NCBI GenBank assembly: GCA_963727185.1
Contig: CAVSFP010000009.1
Coordinates: 221,702 to 285,701, forward strand
Direction: 5' to 3'
DNA: 64,000 nt
DNA from: an uncultured Actinomycetes bacterium
GTDB taxonomy: Bacteria > Actinomycetota > UBA4738 > HRBIN12
Part shown: one piece after another, positions 28,586 through 35,082 of the stretch
Layout of the letters: each line of letters starts with the position of its first letter
Numbering within the stretch: position 1 is the stretch's first letter
The notes under the pieces: model-generated
What the model saw: only the letters and a program-made list of their open reading frames with translations
Told to the model about the DNA's origin: nothing
Databases searched by the model: none
Made by a program: the position numbers and the translations under genes

Positions 28586-28614
28586 GACCAGTTCATGACC
28601 AGTCAAGGACCAGT
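28586..28614 (-). promoter_or_regulatory. three direct GACCAGT repeats with 11-bp phasing (candidate GntR/HutC operator, internal to the operon)
   Basis: The plus strand reads aaGACCAGTtcatGACCAGTcaagGACCAGTgag. The array lies 28-56 nt upstream of the bicupin start (28558) and spans the ATPase stop codon (28603-28605). Confidence 0.55.
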
Positions 28615-30438
28615 GAGCGCGTCGAACCGTGGGACATCGTTCATCAGTGCGCGCGTGTACCCGTCCTGCGGGTGGTCGAGCACAGCGTCGACGGGTCCGG
28701 CTTCCACGACCCGGCCTTCCTTCATGACGACCACGTGCTGCGCGACGCTGCGGACCAGCGCGAGGTTGTGCGTGATGAACAACAACGACAGCGACCGGTC
28801 GGCCTGCAGGCGACGGAGCGTCTCGACGACCGCGGCCTGCACGGAGACGTCGAGCGCCGACGTGACCTCGTCGCACACGAGCAACGACGGGTCCACCACG
28901 ATGGTGCGCGCGATCGCGACGCGCTGACGTTCACCACCGGAGAGCTGATCGGGGTATCGAGCGACGAGCTCGACCGGCAGCGAGACCGACGCGATCGCAT
29001 CGCGCACGGCCCGGTCACCCTCGTGGCGGCTGAGCTTCGCGAAGTGGTCGACGGGCTGGGCGACGAGTCCACCGATGCTGCGCCGCGGGTTCAACGATGC
29101 GTAGGGGTTCTGGAAGATGTACTGGAGGCGTCGGAGGTTCTCGACCGACCGATGCCGGAGCCCTGGGATCAACGGCTCGCCCTCGAAGCGGATGTCCCCG
29201 GACCAGTTCGCATGGAGTCCGACGATGCACCGGGCGAGCGTCGTCTTCCCGGACCCAGACTCCCCGACGACCGCGACGCACTCACCTCGCGGCACCTCGA
29301 GCGAGACGCCATGAAGCACCTGGGTGGTCCCGTACGAGGCGTCGAGGTTCGCGACGGTGAGCACGGGCGCCGGGCCCGCTGCTTCTGGCGCCGAGGTCGT
29401 CCCGCGAACCGTGAGGCTCGGGCGCGGCGCCGCGGCGCCCGGGACGGCGAGATCGGGGCGCGCGAAGACGCACCGCGCGAGATGACCGGCGCCCCTCGCG
29501 GCGCGTGGTTCCGGGCGCTCCGTCCGGCAGACGTCGACGACGATCGGGCAACGCGGCGCGAAGGCGCACCCGGCCGGACGCGCGCCGGGTCGCGGAGGCA
29601 CGCCGTCCATCCCAACGAGGTGCTCGGCGCGGTCGGGCGACGGCACCGCGCGCAGGAGTCCCCGCGAGTAGGGATGCGCCGGGGCGCCGAAGACATCGGG
29701 CACTCGGCCGACCTCGACCACGCGGCCGGCGTAGAGCACGGCGACCCGGTTCGCGAGCTCACCCACGACCGCCACGTCGTGACTGACGTAGACCGCGGCA
29801 ACGGCATACCGGGTGCAGAGCTCGGCGACCGTCTCGAGGACCGTGCGCTGGGTGGTGACATCCAGGCCGGTCGTGGGCTCGTCCAGCACGATGACCGCAG
29901 GCCTGCACGCGAACGCCATCGCGATCGTTGCCCGCTGCTGTTGCCCACCCGAGAGCTGATGCGGGAAGACGTCCAGCACACCGGGGACCGACGAGAGGCC
30001 CACCTCTTCCAGCAGTTCCGAGATCCGCTCGTCAACCTCGTCGCCTTCATGACCGTGGAACGTAAGGGACTCACGCAGCTGGGAGCCGATCCGCCGGGAC
30101 GGGTTGAGCGCGGTCGCCGGATCCTGGGGAACGTACGCCAGCGTGGAGCCGCGCAGCCTTCGGAGCTCCGGCTCGGGCAGGGTGAGCAGGTCCCGGTCGT
30201 CGAGCCGGACGGAGCCGCCGGCGAACCGGAGTCCCCGCCGAACGTAGCCGATCATCGCGAGGGCGAGCGTCGTCTTCCCGGACCCGGACTCACCAACGAG
30301 TCCGAGGACCTCCCCGGCGACGACGTCGAGCGAGACGTCCTGCAGGATCTCGACGCCCCGCGTGGTGGCGATCGTCAGGTCCTCGACCCGCAGCTTCGCC
30401 GCGTTGGTCGGGGGTTGCGAATGCCCCGGACGGCTCAT
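28603..30438 (-). CDS. fused double ATP-binding protein of a Dpp/Opp-type ABC importer (DppD-DppF fusion)
   Basis: ATG 30438 gives MSRPGHSQPP.... There are two complete cassettes: Walker A GESGSGKTT twice, and signatures LSGGQQQRATIAMA and LSGGERQRVAIARTI. It has an ATGA overlap with the upstream permease. Confidence 0.9.
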   Translation of the reverse strand: MSRPGHSQPPTNAAKLRVEDLTIATTRGVEILQDVSLDVVAGEVLGLVGESGSGKTTLALAMIGYVRRGLRFAGGSVRLDDRDLLTLPEPELRRLRGSTLAYVPQDPATALNPSRRIGSQLRESLTFHGHEGDEVDERISELLEEVGLSSVPGVLDVFPHQLSGGQQQRATIAMAFACRPAVIVLDEPTTGLDVTTQRTVLETVAELCTRYAVAAVYVSHDVAVVGELANRVAVLYAGRVVEVGRVPDVFGAPAHPYSRGLLRAVPSPDRAEHLVGMDGVPPRPGARPAGCAFAPRCPIVVDVCRTERPEPRAARGAGHLARCVFARPDLAVPGAAAPRPSLTVRGTTSAPEAAGPAPVLTVANLDASYGTTQVLHGVSLEVPRGECVAVVGESGSGKTTLARCIVGLHANWSGDIRFEGEPLIPGLRHRSVENLRRLQYIFQNPYASLNPRRSIGGLVAQPVDHFAKLSRHEGDRAVRDAIASVSLPVELVARYPDQLSGGERQRVAIARTIVVDPSLLVCDEVTSALDVSVQAAVVETLRRLQADRSLSLLFITHNLALVRSVAQHVVVMKEGRVVEAGPVDAVLDHPQDGYTRALMNDVPRFDALTGP

Positions 30439-31397
30439 TCCGACACCACCTCCGCCGGCGGACCGAGGACCACGGGCACTTGAGCGGAGGCGACGACCGG
30501 AGGATCGACCTCCCGTCGATCGACGCCGAGCGCCACCCGCGTGATCGCGTCCGTGAGGGTGTTCAGCCCGATCGTGAGCACGGCGATCATCGCAGCCGGC
30601 GCCACCGCGGCCCATGCGTTCAGCGTCAGCCCGATCCGGTTCTCGTTGATCATCGTGCCCCAGTTCGGCTGCGGCGGCGGGAGTCCGAACCCGATGAACG
30701 ACAGACCCGCCATGATCACGATCGAGTACGTCATACGCAGACCGATCTCGACCATCAGCGGGGTCACGAGGTTCGGCAGGATCTCGCCGAGCATCACCCG
30801 TCGGCCCGAGACCCCCGTGATCTCGACCGCCTTGACGTAGTCGCGCTCGGACACGTCGAGCGTCGACGCCCGCAGCACCCGTGCCACCTGGGGGGCGTGT
30901 GACAATCCGACGGCCGCGACCAGCAGCCAATCGCTGGGTCCGACGACGGAAACCAACATGAGCACGAACACGAGCTGAGGGAACGCGAGCAAGACGTCGA
31001 CCGCGCGCATCACGATCGTGTCGGGGAGCCCGCGGCGATAGCCGGCGTAGATCCCCGCGAGGGCGCCGAGGGTCACTCCGATCACCGTCGCTGCCGCCGC
31101 CAGGACGATCAATTGCCAACCGCCCGCCAAGACCCGGCTGAAGACGTCGCGGCCCAAGACGTCGCCGCCGAGCCGGAACACGGCGGACGGTTTCGCGAAC
31201 GTCGCGGTCACGTACGCATCCGGGTCATACGGCGTGAAGAGCGGGCCGATGAAGGCCACGACGAGCACGAACATGGTGAGGACAAGTCCTGCCCGGCCCC
31301 TCGCCGTCCGCGTCGTCTCGAGCAGGATGTGCCCGAACTCTGAGCGGCGCACGCGAGGAGCGGCAGGTTCGTGCATCGCGCCCCGGTCTCGCGTCAT
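30435..31397 (-). CDS. Dpp/Opp-type ABC permease (DppC-like)
   Basis: 320 aa with typical DppC-like TM layout and EAA-type loop (DYVKAVEITGVSGRRVMLGEILPN). Its start overlaps the upstream permease stop. Confidence 0.9.
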   Translation of the reverse strand: MTRDRGAMHEPAAPRVRRSEFGHILLETTRTARGRAGLVLTMFVLVVAFIGPLFTPYDPDAYVTATFAKPSAVFRLGGDVLGRDVFSRVLAGGWQLIVLAAAATVIGVTLGALAGIYAGYRRGLPDTIVMRAVDVLLAFPQLVFVLMLVSVVGPSDWLLVAAVGLSHAPQVARVLRASTLDVSERDYVKAVEITGVSGRRVMLGEILPNLVTPLMVEIGLRMTYSIVIMAGLSFIGFGLPPPQPNWGTMINENRIGLTLNAWAAVAPAAMIAVLTIGLNTLTDAITRVALGVDRREVDPPVVASAQVPVVLGPPAEVVSE

Positions 31398-32410
31398 CGG
31401 GGGACCCGGCGGCGGGGACTGGCAAGGAGTGACACGATGTCCGCAGCGATGTTTATGAACACGTAGAAGGCGGCCAGCAGGATCACGATGAACTGGATCA
31501 CCGGGATGTCCTTGTCCGTAACGGCATTCACGAGACCCGCACCGATCCCCGGATACGCGAACACGTACTCGACGAGCACGATGCCGCCGGCCAGGTACAG
31601 GAAGGTCAAGCCGATCGCCTGGATCGTTGCCGGCAGCGCGTTCGGCAGCGCATGGCGGAGCAGCACCGCACGCTTCGGGAGTCCTTTGAGCCGCGCCATC
31701 TCGACATAGTCACTCTCGAGCGCCTCGATGCTCGCCGCCCGCATCATGCGGAAGATGTAAGGCACGACCACGACCACGAGCGTGAGCACCGGGAGGATGA
31801 GCATCCGCGGCTCGTCCCATGGCTTCTCACCCGGCGGGATCGGCGAGACCGCCGGGAAGATGTGGAACACGTTCGTCGCGAAGACGAACACGAGCGCGAT
31901 CGCGATCGCGAACTCCGGCAGTGACGTCACGGCGAGCGCCACCACCGACATGATGTGGTCCGACGCGCGGTCGCGACGCAGCGCGGCAGCCAGGCCGAGC
32001 AGCACCCCGACGATGGACCCGATCACCCCCGCGAGGACGACGAGGACCGCCGAGTTCACCACCCGCGGCCAGACCAACTCCCCGACCGGTTGCTGCTGGC
32101 CGACCAGACTCGTACCGAGGTCGCCCCGCAGCAGCCCGCTCAGCCAGTCCCAATACTGCTCGAGCGGAGGGCGATCCAGGCCGAGTCGATGCTCAAGCGC
32201 GGTCAGCGATTCCGGCGTGGCCGTCTGGCCGAGCACCGCGTACGCGGCGTTCCCCGGCAGCACCTGCGTCGCGGCGAAGACGATCATCGACACGAACAGG
32301 AGCGTGAGGAACCCGAGCAGCGTGCGCTGGATCAGCAGGTCCCGGATCGGATGAGGCGTCTTCGGCGCAGGCTGGACGACCTCGGGCGCGACGGGTTCGA
32401 GGGCACTCAC
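31394..32410 (-). CDS. Dpp/Opp-type ABC permease (DppB-like)
   Basis: GTG 32410 (aa 100 of ORF 31394..32707) overlaps the GntR stop (GTGA). It reads ..IRDLLIQRTLLGFLTLLFVSMIVFAATQVLPGNAA.., with an EAA loop DYVEMARLKGLPKRAVLLRHALPNA. Confidence 0.88.
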   Translation of the reverse strand: MSALEPVAPEVVQPAPKTPHPIRDLLIQRTLLGFLTLLFVSMIVFAATQVLPGNAAYAVLGQTATPESLTALEHRLGLDRPPLEQYWDWLSGLLRGDLGTSLVGQQQPVGELVWPRVVNSAVLVVLAGVIGSIVGVLLGLAAALRRDRASDHIMSVVALAVTSLPEFAIAIALVFVFATNVFHIFPAVSPIPPGEKPWDEPRMLILPVLTLVVVVVPYIFRMMRAASIEALESDYVEMARLKGLPKRAVLLRHALPNALPATIQAIGLTFLYLAGGIVLVEYVFAYPGIGAGLVNAVTDKDIPVIQFIVILLAAFYVFINIAADIVSLLASPRRRVPR

Positions 32411-33171
32411 CGCGACCCGGCCTCGGGTCCCGCGATCGACGTGACGGAGGCCCGGAACCGATATCGCTCGCCCGCGAACGCTCCTTCGGACACCTCGATC
32501 CGACGACCCTCCTCGTCCCATGTCGTCGCCTTGATCAGCAAGACGCTCGCGCCGATCGGGACATCGAGGAGCTTCGCCTGACGCTTGTCTGCGGTGCCGG
32601 CACGGACGTCGTAGTCGGCTCGAGCTGGCACGATCCCATCTGCGCGGAAGCCGCCGTAGATGGAGTCGCGCGCGTAGTCCTGCGAGACGAGGCTCGGCGC
32701 GAGCCATGCCGCCGCCACCGCACGCTGCCAGCCGACGGGGACGCCCCCGAGCAGCCGGACCCGTTCGAGCTCGAGCACCTGCGCACCGGGTGGGGCCTCG
32801 AGCTCGTCGCCCTCCGCGAGGGTCGCCTCCCGGGGGATACAGGCAAGGACGCGCGAGGTCGCCTCCAGCCCGCGCTCGGCGGCGAGGTCGGTGAACCCGA
32901 ACAAGGCGTTCGGCTCAACGAGCGGTGTGACGAACCATCCCCGGGTCCCGTCGGCGCGCACGTAGCCGTGCCGCTCGAGTTCCTCGAGGGCGCGGCGCAC
33001 TGTCGTTCGGCTGACGCCGAACCGGCGACAGATCTCGCGTTCGCCGGGCAACCGGTCACTGACCTGGAGCGCGCCGCGATCGATGTCGGCGCGCATCAGT
33101 CTGGCGAGTTGGAGGTAGCGAGGTTGCTCGACCGAGCCGATCGTCGCTGAGGGCAAGCGGGTCGAAGCCAT
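32407..33171 (-). CDS. GntR-family transcriptional regulator, HutC/UTRA subfamily
   Basis: The N-terminal wHTH reads LPGEREICRRFGVSRTTVRRALEELERHGYV. The C-terminal domain is UTRA-like. Confidence 0.9.
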   Translation of the reverse strand: MASTRLPSATIGSVEQPRYLQLARLMRADIDRGALQVSDRLPGEREICRRFGVSRTTVRRALEELERHGYVRADGTRGWFVTPLVEPNALFGFTDLAAERGLEATSRVLACIPREATLAEGDELEAPPGAQVLELERVRLLGGVPVGWQRAVAAAWLAPSLVSQDYARDSIYGGFRADGIVPARADYDVRAGTADKRQAKLLDVPIGASVLLIKATTWDEEGRRIEVSEGAFAGERYRFRASVTSIAGPEAGSR

Positions 33172-33186
33172 CGTCCCGACGCTATC

Positions 33187-33215
33187 GGACCAGTTAAAGA
33201 CCAGTCAAGGACCGT
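33187..33215 (-). promoter_or_regulatory. second array of 11-bp-phased GACCAGT-type repeats (candidate autoregulatory operator upstream of the GntR gene)
   Basis: The plus strand reads cgGACCAGTtaaaGACCAGTcaagGACCGTGtcg. It lies 16-44 nt upstream of the GntR start (33171). The third copy is imperfect. Confidence 0.55.
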
Positions 33216-33362
33216 GTCGAGCACGATGGCTCGGGCGCCGTCCGGCGGGCCCGACCGTCCCTAGGGACCTTGGTCCTCGGACCCTCGCCGTGCGTTCGGT
33301 GCTCATCGTGACGCAGGATCAGCGGGGGCTTCGGGATCTCGCGGGACGGGTCATCAGGGTCT

Positions 33363-33548
33363 TCAAGCGTGGAGCACCTTGAAGACGTGGTAGACCATCC
33401 AGGCTGGCCAGAAGATGCCCTGGAAGAACGCGAGGATGAAGGCCCAGAAGGTGTGGGCGTGTTGGAAGAAGTACACCCACGCGCCGAAGATGCCCAGCCC
33501 GTAGATCGCGCCGGCACCTGCCGCCGCACCTGAGCTGTCCTTGCTCAT
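33363..33548 (-). CDS. small membrane protein (61 aa)
   Basis: ATG 33548 is preceded by GGAGGTGG. The product is MSKDSSGAAAGAGAIYGLGIFGAWVYFFQHAHTFWAFILAFFQGIFWPAWMVYHVFKVLHA, with two TM helices. Confidence 0.55.
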   Translation of the reverse strand: MSKDSSGAAAGAGAIYGLGIFGAWVYFFQHAHTFWAFILAFFQGIFWPAWMVYHVFKVLHA

Positions 33549-33711
33549 CGTTACCACCTCCGCGTCGATCGGGCCCGAAGTCGCCGTCGACCCCGACCCT
33601 ATCGACATCCGACGCCGACGGCGGCATCGAGCGCCAAGCGATCCGCGTCAGAGCTCAAGTCGTCGAGGCGAAGGTCGAGGACGACTCCGACATCCCACTC
33701 TCCCAACCATC

Positions 33712-33986
33712 ACGAGCGCCAGGGTCGCGGCGATCCCGCCGATGTCGAGCAACGACCGAACGTCGGCGACCGTGTTCAGGTCGTGCAGAGCCCGGGTATG
33801 TCGGGGAACGCCTGCCACATGTAGCTGAACCACTCGATGCCCGCCTCCTTGGCCCCCATACTCCACAGGACCGCTGCGGTCGATGAAGTCATCCGCCAGA
33901 ATCTCCCGGGCAACTTCGGGCCGGTGGCCTGCTTGCCACTCCTCGACCAGACGGCGAACGAGGGCCTTGTTCTCCTCCTCGGACAC
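33712..33986 (-). pseudogene. chimeric remnant: frameshifted and truncated SnoaL/ester-cyclase-like gene joined to an 83-bp fragment of an ABC-2 permease gene
   Basis: From GTG 33986 the frame reads VSEEENKALVRRLVEEWQAGHRPEVAREILADDFIDRSGPVEYGGQ. After a frame change it reads GAKEAGIEWFSYMWQAFPDIPG. At about 33,797 it runs into ..LHDLNTVADVRSLLDIGGIAATLALV. That stretch (33712-33794) matches 15709-15791 inside the ABC-2 permease with 4 mismatches in 83 nt. Confidence 0.65.
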
Positions 33987-34136
33987 GCTACGCACCTCCC
34001 TCTCGGATGTGGATTCGGGGCCGCCCCGCCTCGAGTAACCCACGCTCGGATCCACTCTGGATGCTGGGCTCGCCGAACCTGAACCCGCCCGTCGGCACGA
34101 CCCCAGCAAAGCCCCTTCGGCCCATGCGAATGGGAA

Positions 34137-34400
34137 CTACGCCTCGACGAGGAACACGACAGTCTCGGGCAGCACGCCGTCGGACTCCATCTCTTCGCCG
34201 AACCCGGGGGTCTGCATCGCGGCCATGAGGGCATCCATGTCGGCAACGTCCATCAGCAGCCCCACGTGGGTCGGGTTCTGTGGGTTTACGAACGTCCGGA
34301 TGTTGGTGATGCCGATGGTGCCGAGGGCCTTGGCGCGATTCGGCGAGGCAAGCCAAAGGTCCTTGTCTTTAACCTCAAGGTGGCTAATCACGGTGGGCAT
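34137..34400 (-). CDS. hypothetical small protein (87 aa)
   Basis: Internal ATG (codon 12 of ORF 34137..34433) is preceded by AAGGAGG and gives MPTVISHLEVKDKDLWLASPNRAKALGTIGITNIRTFVNPQNPTHVGLLMDV... No family recognised. Confidence 0.5.
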   Translation of the reverse strand: MPTVISHLEVKDKDLWLASPNRAKALGTIGITNIRTFVNPQNPTHVGLLMDVADMDALMAAMQTPGFGEEMESDGVLPETVVFLVEA

Positions 34401-34519
34401 TGGTGCCTCCTTTGCTTGTGGGACGAGCCACAACGCCCGACCCGGTTGACAAACGTACGCTTATGAAGGCTTCACGAAGACGGGCCGGAGTGGAGGTCTC
34501 AAGGATCACCTTTGAGGAC

Positions 34520-34969
34520 CTAGGGAACGGCCGAACGAGCAGGGCGATCCCACTCCTTCAGGAGGCGCTCGCGCTGACGCAGGGCCCGGTCGTAGGCGAT
34601 GATGAGCGACCCCTTGAGCGGCGACAGCGCGACGACCGCCTCGTCGAGGAAGCCGGCGTGCACACCCGGGCGATCCCACCCCTTCAGGAGGCGATCGCGC
34701 TGACGCAGGGCCCGGCCGTACGCGATGACGAGCGACTCGCTGAGCGGCGACTGCGCGACGACCCCGTCGTCGAGGGATCCGTTGCTTTCCGCCACGCGGG
34801 TACCGCTGCCTTCCACGCTCGTCACGGATCGATCGCCTCGACCGGCCACGTTGAGTGCCACCGCGCTCAGGATCAGCGCCGCGGCCGCAAGAACGGACAC
34901 GGTTACGGTCCAGAACGTGAACAGCGCCGGTCGGCCGGAGAACCCCATGGTTCCCGCTTTCGTGCTCAT
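34520..34969 (-). CDS. membrane-anchored protein with 2 x 42-aa tandem repeat (copy 1 of a paralogous pair)
   Basis: MSTKAGTMGFSGRPALFTFWTVTVSVLAAAALILSAVAL forms an N-in signal anchor. It is followed by two 126-bp repeats encoding ..SPL(S/K)(E/G)SL(V/I)IAY(G/D)RALRQR(D/E)RLLK(G/E)WDRP.. GC3 is high, and GGGGAGGGA lies upstream of the ATG. Confidence 0.55.
   Translation of the reverse strand: MSTKAGTMGFSGRPALFTFWTVTVSVLAAAALILSAVALNVAGRGDRSVTSVEGSGTRVAESNGSLDDGVVAQSPLSESLVIAYGRALRQRDRLLKGWDRPGVHAGFLDEAVVALSPLKGSLIIAYDRALRQRERLLKEWDRPARSAVP
34542..34793. repeat. 126-bp tandem repeat x2 (in-frame, 42 codons) inside 34520..34969
   Basis: The units start at about 34,542 and 34,668 (GGGCGATCCCAC(T/C)CCTTCAGGAGGCG...). 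Similarity fades in the last ~15 nt. Confidence 0.85.
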
Positions 34970-34984
34970 GATCCCTCCCCTTCC

Positions 34985-35010
34985 CTCGGGTACCGATCTC
35001 TGATCCCGAG
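34985..35010. promoter_or_regulatory. conserved dyad CTCGGG-N14-CCCGAG directly upstream of the small-gene RBS (also at 42765-42790)
   Basis: It is identical in both module copies. Copy 2 additionally carries a ~12-bp near-tandem duplication of one arm (CTCGGGTACCtc/CTCGGGTACCga). It could be an operator or an RNA hairpin. Confidence 0.35.
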
Positions 35011-35082
35011 GCTAGAGAGAGCACCGACCCGAGGAATCCCCGAAACCCGTACCGATCGAGACGGTGACCGGTAGGTCTTGGC

